Shown: positions 9,158 through 19,741, counted from the stretch's first letter. The stretch: DNA of 64,000 nt from Gammaproteobacteria bacterium (GCA_963662545.2 CAXXLL010000003.1:2240001-2304000), one strand, 5' to 3'. Numbers and translations are program-made. Notes: generated by a model from the sequence alone, not told the origin.

Positions 9158-10378
9158 ATGGCAGGGCAAGCGGAACTTCAGACGCATGCGCGCTGGCTCG
9201 CGCGCCTGCTCGGGACGGATTTCCTGCTGTGGTCGCCAAACATCCAGGCCGAGGGCTTTCTGTACTGGGATCGGATCTTTGCTACGCGGTCGATTCCTCG
9301 TGGTCCGCGTGTCTGCGAATTGTTACACGCAGACCGTGAGATCGATGTCAGTTTCGAGGACCAGGGTCGAACCTGCGACATCGCCGACTTGATGCGTGAC
9401 GAGCACTTGAGCGGCCTCATCGTCCTCAAGAACGGCGAGATCCTCCTCGAACGATACGCACTCGGCCTGACGCCGGAGCTGCGCTGGCAATCCTCTTCGA
9501 TGGTGAAATCGATCACCTCGTCGCTCATTGGGGCGGCGCTGCATGACGGCCTCATCGACAGCCTCGATGATGAGATGACGGCATACCTCCCGGACTTCAC
9601 GGGAACCGCTTATGACGGCGTAACGTTACGCCACCTGCTCAGTATGACCAGTGGTATTGATTGGAGCGAAGATTACGAGGACATGAAGGCCGACGTGCAG
9701 GAGCATTACATTAAGCCGATCGCCAAGCGCGAGCCGGGTCATATCGCGAATTATATGAAGACACTAAAGCGTATCGATGAACCAGGCACGCAGTACTACT
9801 ACAACACCGGCGACACTTTTCTACTCAGTCTGATCTTAAGCAAAGTAACCGGTAAAACGGTGGCGGACTATTGTGCAGAGAAGATCTGGGTACCCGCCGG
9901 CATGGAACAGGATGGCTATTTCATGCTGGATTCGGACGACGGGCAGGAGATCACGGGCAGCTGCTGCGGCGCATCGCTCCGCGATTACGCGAGGTTCGGG
10001 CTGTTGATGCTGAACGACGGCGTAAGCCCGAACGGCGAACGCGTTCTGCCAGAGGGTTGGACTCTCGAGGCCACGGCACCTTCGGCTCCTAACTTCCACA
10101 AGGACATCGGCGATCGGCCGAGGCTCGACACCTCCGCCTTTACCGGCTACGGCTACCTCTGGTGGGTCCACCATCCGGGATCGTTTATGGCGCTCGGCGC
10201 GTATGGTCAGTGGATCCACGTCGAACCGGGGGACGGACTGGTGTTCGTGATGGTCGGCGCGATGCCGCGGGAAACATACATGGACCCGGCCGAGCCCGCC
10301 GCGCAGGAAATCGGGTCGCAGCACGGTGGTCCGCGGCGCTTTGCGTTCATCGAGGCGGTTCGCGAGGCGCTCAGCTAA
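9158..10378 (+). CDS. Serine hydrolase, beta-lactamase/NylB-like
   Basis: SMVK (SxxK), YYNT, HLLSMTSG, YGYLWW and GAYGQ motifs. Confidence 0.88.
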   Translation: MAGQAELQTHARWLARLLGTDFLLWSPNIQAEGFLYWDRIFATRSIPRGPRVCELLHADREIDVSFEDQGRTCDIADLMRDEHLSGLIVLKNGEILLERYALGLTPELRWQSSSMVKSITSSLIGAALHDGLIDSLDDEMTAYLPDFTGTAYDGVTLRHLLSMTSGIDWSEDYEDMKADVQEHYIKPIAKREPGHIANYMKTLKRIDEPGTQYYYNTGDTFLLSLILSKVTGKTVADYCAEKIWVPAGMEQDGYFMLDSDDGQEITGSCCGASLRDYARFGLLMLNDGVSPNGERVLPEGWTLEATAPSAPNFHKDIGDRPRLDTSAFTGYGYLWWVHHPGSFMALGAYGQWIHVEPGDGLVFVMVGAMPRETYMDPAEPAAQEIGSQHGGPRRFAFIEAVREALS

Positions 10379-10551
10379 TTATTCCCGGCACCTGGTGCCG
10401 AGAGTAATACGTTACTTAGGAATTAAAGATTCACCAAATTCTTGACGGTTTAAAGATTAATCCCTCCGCTATCTTTTATATTCTGGCAAGCTTTAACTCG
10501 CGCCGAAGCGGCAACAAACCAATGATTTGTTTGTCACGTATTAATTTTAGT

Positions 10552-10710
10552 GGTGAGGGGCATAGATTTGAAAAACTCGGGACTGAAAACGTACCGCCGT
10601 TCTTCACGCGCGGCATCCTTCTTGATTTTCGTAGGTTAAAAGGTCACCCTCCCGAAAGGTCCGAGGAAATCACCGTAGATGACATTCAGGCCGCGTTAAA
10701 GCGATAGGGA
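10552..10710 (+). pseudogene. Diverged internal fragment of the cyclase gene
   Basis: 159 nt aligns ungapped with 7446-7604, 17 mismatches by hand count, including CAG to TAG. Confidence 0.85.
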
Positions 10711-10794
10711 TTCATCGACGCCGGCACCGATCTCTGCTATGCGGTCTGCAATTTCATCGATGACTGCGAATAGTCACTATCGTTCGCACCACTC

Positions 10795-11109
10795 TCATGT
10801 CGGATCCAGCAGTTTGAGCTTTTCGCTAAGCGCCGTCTGCTCGGCGTCAGTTAACTGAAACTCAACACCAGCATTGCCGTCGATTTCTGATCGGTACCGA
10901 ACGATGTAGTCGAATCTTCCGAACTTGTCGGACTCCAGAGTGCCATTGTTTAAGGTGTGGGGTAATCCCGCCAGAACGAGGCGGGCACCGCCGAGCGAAA
11001 TATCGACCATGTCACACTTGGCGCTGGTTCCAGCACAGTGAAATTCAACTTGTTCAAAGACCGGATAGCGCTTATAACGCCGGCGTTCGGAGCGATTGCT
11101 GTTGGTCAT
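10795..11109 (-). CDS. PilZ domain c-di-GMP-binding protein
   Basis: ERRRYKR (RxxxR) and DISLGG (DxSxxG) motifs; start placed at MTNSNRSE. Confidence 0.85.
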   Translation of the reverse strand: MTNSNRSERRRYKRYPVFEQVEFHCAGTSAKCDMVDISLGGARLVLAGLPHTLNNGTLESDKFGRFDYIVRYRSEIDGNAGVEFQLTDAEQTALSEKLKLLDPT

Positions 11110-11270
11110 GCGGTGATCTACCGCGGCAGGGGTTGGGCCGGATTGGCAGCGCGTCACAGGGTCGAGGTGCCGCGCCGCGGTGAGCGAGCGGTTGTCTACG
11201 CACCCGGGGGCGATACGATTATGTCATTTTTTGCGGTACTAAGCGAAAGAGGAAATTCCGCGGATCAATC

Positions 11271-11892
11271 TTACTCCGACCCGATCTTTCGAAGAATTTC
11301 TCTCGGCAGATTTATAACAAGCGATGCGTCGACGATATCATGCGCCACCGTGTGCATCTTGCGTCGCTGTGATCTTGCAAGAAAGCGCAAAGCTGTCGCA
11401 GCGGCGGTTTGTTCCAGGCGATAACGTTCCATGAGAATGCCGATCGCGGTGCTGATCAAACGTGCGTGTTCGATAGCCTCGGTTAACTTCTGAATCTCGA
11501 TGCGCATATTCGTCAATTCGTCAGCGCGAGCTAGTGCGGCCCGCACGAGAGGAAGCAGTTGCGTCACTTCAATGGGTTTGACGAAGTAGCCGAGCGCACC
11601 CAGGCCGATTGCCTCGGCAATGGTCTCTTCGAGTCGGACCGCCGACAGGACAAAGAACGGCGGCGGCTCGTCGGTGAAGCGGCGCACGAGATCGAGGCCA
11701 GACATGTCCGGTAGGCGTATGTCGACTATCGCGAGCCGCGGCCTATCGGTCTTAATCGCCTGCATTGCCGCGCCACCCGAGTACGCGACCTTGACCGGAA
11801 AGCCGGCGGCGGAAAGACCTTCGGAAAAAACGTTCGCAGAAAGTCGCAGAAAGTCGGTCGTCCTCGGCGATCAGAATGTAGTCACTATTCAC
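11271..11892 (-). pseudogene. ANTAR domain response regulator, frameshifted by a 10-bp tandem duplication
   Basis: Receiver motifs (IAEDD, VDIRLP, YFVKP) plus ANTAR tail (AIGILMERY...ARSQRRKM); TCGCAGAAAG occurs twice at 11834-11853 and breaks the frame. Confidence 0.85.
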
Positions 11893-12066
11893 GTGATCCC
11901 CATCAGTGGCGCATGAACCGCGTTACGGACGTCCGCAACGACGCAGGGTTTTTCAGGTATGTGACAGGATCCGCAAGACGGGCTCGCTGACGGGTGGTCC
12001 CATCTACGGATGCGGAGAAAAAGATCGAGACGATCTGATCCTTGATAATGAGAATCCTACGCAACG

Positions 12067-13527
12067 TCACGCCCTTTTTAGCATCCGCGTGATAAACGGG
12101 AATCCGATGTGGAAGGCCGTGCCGGAATTCCGCTCGCACATCAAAGTCCCGGAGATCTGCGAGACGAACAGATTAACCAATTCTAGCCCGAGCGTGCTGG
12201 AATTAGCCGGATCGATGCTGCGCGGAAGCCCTACGCCATCATCCTTAACGATCAGATTGATCTCATCGCCGTTGAATACCTCCAACAGGACCTCCACCGT
12301 CCCACCATCCTTCCCGCGAAACGCATGCTGGAACGCATTGCTGAGGAGTTCATTCACAATCAGGCCACTGAAGATCGCAGTATCAATTCCGACGATAAGC
12401 GCTGGCGCGGTGACCTTGACCGAAATGTTTCGCGAGGCACGATCATTAATCACCGAAATGTGCTGAACTAGCTGCCGTAAATATCCGTCGAGCGAGATCG
12501 CGGTAAGTTCCCGCGTGCCATAAAGCTGATCGTGTACCATGGAGATCGATTTAATTCTTGCCGCGCACTCATCGAACAACAGTTTGACGGCTCGCTCATC
12601 GGTCTGACGGGATTGCAGGTGCAGGAGACTGACGATGATCTGAAAGTTATTCTTGACGCGGTGGTTTACCTCCCGCATGAGGACGTCCTTTTCGTCCAGT
12701 GACTTCTGTAATTCCGCCTCGAGTGCCCTTCGCTCGTTGATTTCCGCTTTCAGATTCGTGTTGGATTCGACAACCTCCGTCGTTCGTTGACGGACGCGAT
12801 CCTCGAGATCTCTATTAAGCTCTTCGACTTGAACTTTCTCCCGATTCAAGTCCAGCACCAAGAGGGCGTTTTCGTGCTGCAATCGCAGAGCGTTGATGAG
12901 GGTGCTGTGCATGCGAAGCGCATTGACGGTAAGAAATCCGAAGAACATGATCATCGCGCCCCCGAGGACGGAGGCCTCCAGCGGGCCGTGGATAATCAAA
13001 TATGCCGCAAACGGAATCAACGCCGGTACGGCGAAGGAAAAGAACGCGCCCTTGACTATCGACAAAGCCGCCACTGACCCGGCGCTCAAACCACACGCCC
13101 ACAGGACGGTCATGCCGATCAACGTAATTCTATTGTCAGGCACAAGCACCCAAGCCGAGCTCCCCCAGAATGCGCCGTTAGCCATGACTCCCGCGATAAA
13201 CCAAGCCAGCCAGTACGAACGTTCCGTCCCATCGATAACTGCACGCCGATAGCGGTCGATGAGGTGCACCCGCCCGGCAGTAATGATGAGCAGTACTGCG
13301 CACCAAGCGATCAGGACCTCGTGAGGCGTGATTGCCCACAGAATAACAATGAGCATCGCGGCTGCGACCACGTTGGCGATCAACGCGGCGCCTGATTGAT
13401 CGAACAGGACTTCGATTTGCTTTGGTCGCAGTTCGGCGCGATCGGTGTCAGAACTCACTTGCAATACCTGGTATTTCCGGATCGTCGTAGGTCGTTGTCG
13501 ACGGATCTTTCGAGGGATAAGTACCAT
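12067..13527 (-). CDS. Membrane sensor histidine kinase (HisKA_2 type)
   Basis: Several transmembrane segments, EVNHRVKNN H-box, NELLSNAFQHAF, DDGVG, TLGLELV; start uncertain. Confidence 0.9.
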   Translation of the reverse strand: MVLIPRKIRRQRPTTIRKYQVLQVSSDTDRAELRPKQIEVLFDQSGAALIANVVAAAMLIVILWAITPHEVLIAWCAVLLIITAGRVHLIDRYRRAVIDGTERSYWLAWFIAGVMANGAFWGSSAWVLVPDNRITLIGMTVLWACGLSAGSVAALSIVKGAFFSFAVPALIPFAAYLIIHGPLEASVLGGAMIMFFGFLTVNALRMHSTLINALRLQHENALLVLDLNREKVQVEELNRDLEDRVRQRTTEVVESNTNLKAEINERRALEAELQKSLDEKDVLMREVNHRVKNNFQIIVSLLHLQSRQTDERAVKLLFDECAARIKSISMVHDQLYGTRELTAISLDGYLRQLVQHISVINDRASRNISVKVTAPALIVGIDTAIFSGLIVNELLSNAFQHAFRGKDGGTVEVLLEVFNGDEINLIVKDDGVGLPRSIDPANSSTLGLELVNLFVSQISGTLMCERNSGTAFHIGFPFITRMLKRA

Positions 13528-13805
13528 TTGAAGATTATCCCGTGATCACGGGGCGGTATTTCCCAAATTGAAGTGATGAGGCACTCGTGAACAACGACCA
13601 ACGAGGCTAATCCCCAAGTTCGGCCACCGTAGCAGGTACGGTCAACTTAAGTCAGAACTTTTCCAAGTCGGGCGAAACTAGCCGCCACCGAAACAAACAA
13701 TCAATAACTTAGCGCCCCTCGCGTGCCTTAGGCACTCCCCCAAATCGGTTACATTGGCTATGCCCCGACAAGCACTCCCGTGCCCGTCTTTTAAAGGATT
13801 TTATT

Positions 13806-14888
13806 TCAAACCGCGTTATGTCCAACCGCCTCCCGCCGCATCCATTTATCGACCACGACCGGCACGGAGTGCGGTGATTTGAGGCTGACGTAGACGCCGA
13901 TGTGACCGCCGGGCAGTTCCGCCTCGGTGTAATCGTCGGTACCGATCAGGCCCTTCAGCGCCTTCGATGATGCCGGCGGTACCAGATGATCATCACGCGC
14001 AAAAATGTTCAATACCGGCATCGTGATGCGAGCGGGTTCGACCGTACGCCCGCCGATCGTCAACGTGCCTTTGACCAGCTTGTTTCCTTGGTAGAGATCC
14101 CGTGCGAACTCACGGAACGCCGTCGCCGTCAGGGCGGGGCTGTCGAAGATCCATTTTTCCATGCGCAAAAACATGGCGGCGGCTTCCACGTCATCGATTT
14201 GTTCCAGGAAGCGAATGTACTTGGCCTGGGTCAAACGATAGGGTTTAAGTGAAAGAAACAACGCGTTCAAGAAGTCGCCGCTCAGGTTCCCGGAGCTTTC
14301 GACCAGGGCATCGACGTCGACGTGGCGCACCAGGTGGCTCAACATATCGCCTTCGGTATGAAAGTCGATCGGCGTGACGGTGGCGATCAAGCGCTCGACT
14401 TTATCCGGATGCAAGGCCGCATAGCAGGTGCTGAAAGTCCCGCCCTGGCAGATCCCGAGCAAGGTCAGGCGCTCGCGCTCGAGGCACCGGCGCAGATGAT
14501 CAACGCAGGCATCGATGTAGCGGTTGATGTAATCGTCGAGTCCGACTAAGCGATCCGAGCCATCGGGATAGCCCCAATCGATCAGGTACACGTCGAATCC
14601 CCGCTCCAAGAGCGCGGCGATGAGCGAACGTCCAGGTTGCAGATCGGCCACCTCAGGCCGGTTGACCAGAGCGTAGACGATGAGGATCGGTGTCGTGTGC
14701 GCCGCCTCGGCCGGGCCGCGATAGCGGTACAGAACAATGCCTTCCTTGCGCAGGATCGCGTCTCTTGGTGACGTCCCGATCTTGACGTCCTGCAAGCGAC
14801 GCAAGGTGTCGGGCGCCGATGCAAGCCGCGCGTGGAAATCGGCCATCTCGCGCGCAATGGAAGCAGGAGTCAGTTCGAGCTTCGCCAT
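13806..14888 (-). CDS. phaC: Class III PHA synthase subunit PhaC
   Basis: VYALVNRP, IDWGYP, GICQGG lipase box, EKWIFDSP, DHLVPP, GGHIG. Confidence 0.95.
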   Translation of the reverse strand: MAKLELTPASIAREMADFHARLASAPDTLRRLQDVKIGTSPRDAILRKEGIVLYRYRGPAEAAHTTPILIVYALVNRPEVADLQPGRSLIAALLERGFDVYLIDWGYPDGSDRLVGLDDYINRYIDACVDHLRRCLERERLTLLGICQGGTFSTCYAALHPDKVERLIATVTPIDFHTEGDMLSHLVRHVDVDALVESSGNLSGDFLNALFLSLKPYRLTQAKYIRFLEQIDDVEAAAMFLRMEKWIFDSPALTATAFREFARDLYQGNKLVKGTLTIGGRTVEPARITMPVLNIFARDDHLVPPASSKALKGLIGTDDYTEAELPGGHIGVYVSLKSPHSVPVVVDKWMRREAVGHNAV

Positions 14889-14896
14889 GCAGGCCC

Positions 14897-15949
14897 TCAA
14901 TCTCGATCCGGGAGGATCTCGGCGATATCGAATTCACCCGCGCCCGGTTTTGTCTCGCGCTTGCGCCCGCGCGCCACTTGGCGACGCAACCCGGCAGGTT
15001 TCGACGCCCGTGTTGCGCTTGATGCCGGCGGCTTCTTGCGAGCCTTGGGCTTGCTTCGCACCCCGGCCTTGGACGTCGGGCGCTCCTGCTTATCGCTCGT
15101 GGTGAGTGCCTGGCGCATGTCGTCGAGCGCCGCACGTAGCGATTCGATTTCTCGCGTCATCATTTTTTGGCGTTCGAGCAAGGCATCGACTTCAGAACGG
15201 TTCGGCAAGTCTGTTAGGCCGGCGATGCGGTCCTGCCATCCCCGCAGCTTTAATTGCACGGCGCTGGTCGCGTTGATACAGGCGGCGAAGTCCGCCGCAA
15301 AGGCATCGGTCATGACCAACTCTGCATAGGCGTTTTCGGCGATTTCGACCCAGGCGTCGTAAAGTAACTTGAGCGAGGTAATGGGTTCGCCCGATGTGTC
15401 GCGGAGAAATGCGGCGAAGCGCGCGAGGGCGACTTCGACGGCCTGCTGGTAGCGCTCCGAGAGCATTCCCGCGGCTCGCCTTTGGGCGATGAACGCCTCC
15501 TGCAGTTCTTTTCCTGCATCGACCCATTCTCGATAGGGTCCGATGGCCGGCCAATCGAACCATTGGGATTGCGCATCGAGAAAACTGGCGGAGAATCTGC
15601 CGTCGGTCGCCGCCGCGGCTCCTGAAAAAAGGCTCGCGAAGGGCGACATTGACGCGGTTGTAAGAAATGCCCGCAACAGACGATCGCCGTCGCCGAGTGC
15701 GCCCGCAGCTTTGATGCGATCGATCGCCGCCGCGAGCCGCGACCCGAGATCGCCCGTTTCGTTCCCCTGTGCGAAATGTTTCATCACCTCGGCGAATGCG
15801 GAATAGGCGCCAGCCAGATCGCCGAGGTCGGCAGCTTGCGCGCCGCGTGGGTGCACTTTCCAGCCGGGGAATCCGGTGCCGGCAGGGCCCAGCCATTCTG
15901 TCCAGGCATTGAGCCAGGACCCATAGTCTTTGCCTGTTGGCCCAGTCAT
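14897..15949 (-). CDS. phaE: Class III PHA synthase subunit PhaE
   Basis: PAIGPYRE, LYDAWVEIAENAY, LPNRSEVD motifs; directly upstream of phaC; Lys/Ala-rich tail. Confidence 0.85.
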   Translation of the reverse strand: MTGPTGKDYGSWLNAWTEWLGPAGTGFPGWKVHPRGAQAADLGDLAGAYSAFAEVMKHFAQGNETGDLGSRLAAAIDRIKAAGALGDGDRLLRAFLTTASMSPFASLFSGAAAATDGRFSASFLDAQSQWFDWPAIGPYREWVDAGKELQEAFIAQRRAAGMLSERYQQAVEVALARFAAFLRDTSGEPITSLKLLYDAWVEIAENAYAELVMTDAFAADFAACINATSAVQLKLRGWQDRIAGLTDLPNRSEVDALLERQKMMTREIESLRAALDDMRQALTTSDKQERPTSKAGVRSKPKARKKPPASSATRASKPAGLRRQVARGRKRETKPGAGEFDIAEILPDRD

Positions 15950-15984
15950 CGGCCGCTAATCCATGGGGAGCCGCACATGGTTAA

Positions 15985-16146
15985 GGAACCTCTGAATAAG
16001 TTATGGCACGCCTGCCTTGCGCCTGAAATCGCGGAGCCTTACGTTACGAATCTTGCCCATAGTCCCCGCTATGGCCTGCGATTCGTGCCTAGATCTGCAC
16101 GATTTCATGCGCCATTCACCCGGACCTTAACTTATTCAGAGGTTCC
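15985..16146 (+). mobile_element. 162-bp MITE (family A, IS5-like ends), copy 1
   Basis: TIR GGAACCTCTGAATAAGT / ACTTATTCAGAGGTTCC; flanks TTAA and CTAG; other copies at 18147, 26323 and 30203. Confidence 0.85.
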
Positions 16147-16151
16147 CTAGC

Positions 16152-18089
16152 TCATTTGTTCGTCCGGTTATCGACGAGTTCATCAACGACGGCGGGATCG
16201 GCCAAGGTCGAGGTATCGCCGAGATTATCCAATTCATTGGCCGCCACCTTGCGCAGTATGCGGCGCATGATCTTGCCGGATCGCGTCTTCGGCAGTCCGG
16301 GCGCCCACTGGATGACATCCGGCGAGGCAATGGCGCCTATTTCCTTACGCACGTGCTGTACGAGTTCCTTGCGCAGGTCCTCACTCGCCTCGACGTCCTT
16401 CATCAGGGTAACGTAGGCGTAGATCCCCTGGCCCTTGATGTCGTGCGGAAAGCCAACGACTGCGGCTTCCGACACCGCGTCATGCAATACCAGAGCGCTT
16501 TCGACTTCCGCCGTGCCCATGCGATGGCCGGCAACGTTGATCACGTCGTCCACCCGCCCAGTGATCCAATAGTAGCCGTCCTCGTCCCGTCGCGCGCCGT
16601 CGCCCGTGAAATAGCTGCCGGGAAAGGTCTTGAAATAAGTCTCCTTAAAGCGTTCGTGATCGCCGTAAAGCGTGCGCATCTGTCCGGGCCAGGAAGCCTT
16701 GATGACGAGCGCGCCTTTCGCAGCGCCCTCCAGTTCCCGCCCCTTGTCGTCGACCAGCGCGGGTTGCACGCCGAAGAACGGCAGGGTCGCGGAGCCTGGT
16801 TTCAGGGTTCGTGCGCCGGGCAAGGGCGTGATCAATATGCCGCCGGTTTCCGTCTGCCACCAGGTATCCACGATCGGGCAGCGTGCATCACCAACGATGT
16901 TGTAATACCACTCCCAGGCTTCAGGATTGATCGGTTCACCGACACTGCCGAGAATACGCAGGCTCGCACGGCTCGAGGACTTGACGAAATCGTCGCCTTG
17001 CCCCATGAGCGCACGGAGCGCGGTGGGCGCGGTGTAGAAGATGTTGACCTGGTGCTTGTCGACGACCTGCCACATACGGCCCGCATCCGGAAAGGTCGGC
17101 ACGCCTTCGAACATCAATGTGATTGCGCCGTTAGCCAGCGGTCCATAGACGATATAAGTATGGCCGGTCACCCAGCCGACATCGGCCGTGCACCAGAAGA
17201 CATCACCGTCGTGGTAGTCGAAAACATATTTGTGCGTGATCGCAGCATGCAGCATATAACCGCCGGTGGTGTGCAAAACCCCCTTGGGCTTGCCGGTCGA
17301 ACCGGACGTATAGAGGATGAAGAGCGGATCTTCCGCGTCCATTGATTCGGGCGGACATTCCGGGTTCGCTTCAGCGACAGCCTCGTGGTACCAGTGATCG
17401 CGCCCTTCCGTCCAGGCGATTTCGCCGCCGGTGCGCTTGACCACGATGACCGATTTGACACCGGGACAGCTTTCGAGCGCTTTATCGGTATTGGCCTTGA
17501 GCGGCACCGTGCGCCCGCCGCGTAATCCCTCGTCCGCCGTGATCACGGCGCAGCAGTCGGAATCGAGGATTCGGTCTTTGAGCGAATCCGGCGAGAAGCC
17601 ACCGAAAACGACGGAGTGCACCGCGCCGATGCGGGCGCAAGCCAACATCGCGACCGCGGCTTCGGGTACCATCGGCATGTATATCGATACGCGATCACCT
17701 TTCTTGACGCCCTGTGATTTCAGCACATTGGCGAAGCGGCAAACTTCCTCAAACAGCTCTCGATAGGTGAGGCGCTTGTCCTCGGCGGGATCGTCTCCCT
17801 CCCAGATAATCGCGGTCTGATCGCCGCGCTTATCGAGGTGGCGATCGAGGCAGTTGTAGGTCGCGTTGAGCCGAGCGCCCTCGAACCAGCGAATTTCGGC
17901 CGCCTTGAAATCGAAGGATGAGACCGTGTCCCATGGCTTTTCCCAGGAGATGAACGCCGCGGCCTGCTCGGCCCAGAACCCATCAGGATCCTCGATCGAA
18001 CGTTGGTACATCTCGAGATACTGCGCTTCGTTGATGTGGGCTTTAGCGACGACGTCAGCCGTAACGGGATGGGTCTTGATTTCAAACAT
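16152..18089 (-). CDS. acs: Acetyl-CoA synthetase
   Basis: [31 protein letters not shown]; start placed at MFEIKTHP because the longer ORF start lies inside a MITE. Confidence 0.96.
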   Translation of the reverse strand: MFEIKTHPVTADVVAKAHINEAQYLEMYQRSIEDPDGFWAEQAAAFISWEKPWDTVSSFDFKAAEIRWFEGARLNATYNCLDRHLDKRGDQTAIIWEGDDPAEDKRLTYRELFEEVCRFANVLKSQGVKKGDRVSIYMPMVPEAAVAMLACARIGAVHSVVFGGFSPDSLKDRILDSDCCAVITADEGLRGGRTVPLKANTDKALESCPGVKSVIVVKRTGGEIAWTEGRDHWYHEAVAEANPECPPESMDAEDPLFILYTSGSTGKPKGVLHTTGGYMLHAAITHKYVFDYHDGDVFWCTADVGWVTGHTYIVYGPLANGAITLMFEGVPTFPDAGRMWQVVDKHQVNIFYTAPTALRALMGQGDDFVKSSSRASLRILGSVGEPINPEAWEWYYNIVGDARCPIVDTWWQTETGGILITPLPGARTLKPGSATLPFFGVQPALVDDKGRELEGAAKGALVIKASWPGQMRTLYGDHERFKETYFKTFPGSYFTGDGARRDEDGYYWITGRVDDVINVAGHRMGTAEVESALVLHDAVSEAAVVGFPHDIKGQGIYAYVTLMKDVEASEDLRKELVQHVRKEIGAIASPDVIQWAPGLPKTRSGKIMRRILRKVAANELDNLGDTSTLADPAVVDELVDNRTNK

Positions 18090-18146
18090 TAATCGAGTCT
18101 CCAGCACGACGCCCTGGTAAGGCTGGCGTACATTTGCTTGGCTTAA

Positions 18147-18308
18147 GGAACCTCTGAATAAGTGATGGCACACTTGCCGGGCGCCTGAAATCGCGGAGCC
18201 TTACGTGACGCATCTTGCCAATAGTCCCCGCTATGGCCTGCGATTCGTGCCTTGACCTGCACGATTTCATGCACCATTCACCCGCACCATCACCTATTCA
18301 GAGGTTCC
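18147..18308 (+). mobile_element. 162-bp MITE (family A), copy 2
   Basis: Same TIRs and interior as 15985-16146; TTAA duplicated on both sides. Confidence 0.85.
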
Positions 18309-18414
18309 TTAATAACATGCGACAGACCGGATTGGATCCCGCAATCCGAATGCACGAAACGGTACGATAACGGCGCGGGATTTTAGCACAGCCCCCGCGC
18401 GCAGCCGGCGCATA

Positions 18415-19449
18415 ATGGCCGCTATCGAAAGGAAGCCAGTGAAAGAAAAATCGCCTTTAAAAGAATATCTCGAGGTCGCGCTGGATGCCGTCATCGCCGC
18501 CTGCCGCGTCACTCGTCACGTACAACGCGAACTCGACCGGATAGGCCAACATACCAAGGACGACCAGAGCCCGGTCACGGTGGCCGATTACGCCTCGCAG
18601 GCCGTCATCGCGACGCGCATGGCCGAGGTGTTCGGCACGTTTTCGCTGGTCGCCGAGGAAGATGCCAACGCTCTGCGGGCGCCCGGCAACGCCAGCCTCC
18701 GACAAGCGGTGACAACCGCGGCGCAACAGGCATGGGATGGCGCCAGGGACGACGAAGTGCTCGATGCCATCGACCTCGGCAATCATGACGCCAGTGATGC
18801 CTCGTATTGGACACTCGATCCGATCGACGGTACCAAGGGCTTTCTCAGGGGCGGTCAATACGCAGTTTCGCTTGCCTTGATCGAAAGCGGTGAGGTCGTA
18901 CTGGGAATTCTGGGGTGCCCCAATCTTTCGGCCGATTTCGAGCGGCCGTTTGACGATCCGGATCCCCACGGATGCATTTTCTACGCGTCGGCTGCCCACG
19001 GGAGCTGGACTTTGCCAGCCGACGCGCCCGGCGCCCCACCGGACTCACTGATGCCGCAACGCGCACGCGAGGTGGCGCAGATGCGGATTTGCGAGTCTGT
19101 TGAGGCCGCACATTCCCGCTTGGACGACACCGCGCGCATCGTCGAGTTTCTCGGTGCCGCCGGCCGCCCCGTGCGTCTCGACAGCCAATGCAAATATGCC
19201 GTCGTCGCCCGCGGACAAGCCGACGCCTATCTCAGGTTTTCGACCGGGCGCGGTTACGTCGAAAAAATATGGGACCACGCGGCAGGGAAGATCGTGGCCG
19301 AGGAAGCCGGCGTGATCGTCACCGACGTCGATGCGCGTCCACTCGATTTCTCGAAGGGCGCGGGATTGACGGCAAACCGCGGCATCATCTGCGCAGCGAC
19401 CAAATTTCATGCGCCGATCCGAGGCGCCATCGAAGCGCTCGGTCTCTAA
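18415..19449 (+). CDS. 3'(2'),5'-bisphosphate nucleotidase, HAL2/Met22-like
   Basis: KDDQSPVTVADY, LDPIDGTKGF, LGCPNL, DSQCKY, EKIWDHAAG. Confidence 0.92.
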   Translation: MAAIERKPVKEKSPLKEYLEVALDAVIAACRVTRHVQRELDRIGQHTKDDQSPVTVADYASQAVIATRMAEVFGTFSLVAEEDANALRAPGNASLRQAVTTAAQQAWDGARDDEVLDAIDLGNHDASDASYWTLDPIDGTKGFLRGGQYAVSLALIESGEVVLGILGCPNLSADFERPFDDPDPHGCIFYASAAHGSWTLPADAPGAPPDSLMPQRAREVAQMRICESVEAAHSRLDDTARIVEFLGAAGRPVRLDSQCKYAVVARGQADAYLRFSTGRGYVEKIWDHAAGKIVAEEAGVIVTDVDARPLDFSKGAGLTANRGIICAATKFHAPIRGAIEALGL

Positions 19450-19473
19450 CAGGATGTTGAAAACCGCGGGAAA

Positions 19474-19677
19474 GGGGTCAAGTCTTCACTTTATACAAGT
19501 CCGACCAAACGGTGTTTTAAACGGTCGACAGCAAGACGGAGATTTGGGTCTTCGAACACTCGTAGAATTAGCCGAGCAGAGCGAAAAATGGCGATAATGC
19601 AGGCCGTCGCTCGGGAATCACCGCGCGTGCTCGCGACCTCGGCTTGTTCGAGTTGTAGAAAGTGAAGACTTGACCCC
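19474..19677. mobile_element. 204-bp element with 25-bp inverted repeats (MITE or transposon remnant, family D)
   Basis: GGGGTCAAGTCTTCACTTTATACAA and TTGTAGAAAGTGAAGACTTGACCCC, 1 mismatch. Confidence 0.7.
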
Positions 19678-19741
19678 ATCACTGACCACTGCCACGCCCC
19701 GGTGTTCTATACTGCCGGCTCAGAAATGAGGAAGGGCCCAC

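Noticed and set aside
16004-16020. Sigma54 promoter in MITE family A (TGGCAC...TTGC)
   Set aside because: The GG-to-GC spacing is wrong and is not conserved between copies.
18090-18173. N-terminal extension of Acs
   Set aside because: It begins inside a MITE; Acs similarity starts at MFEIK.
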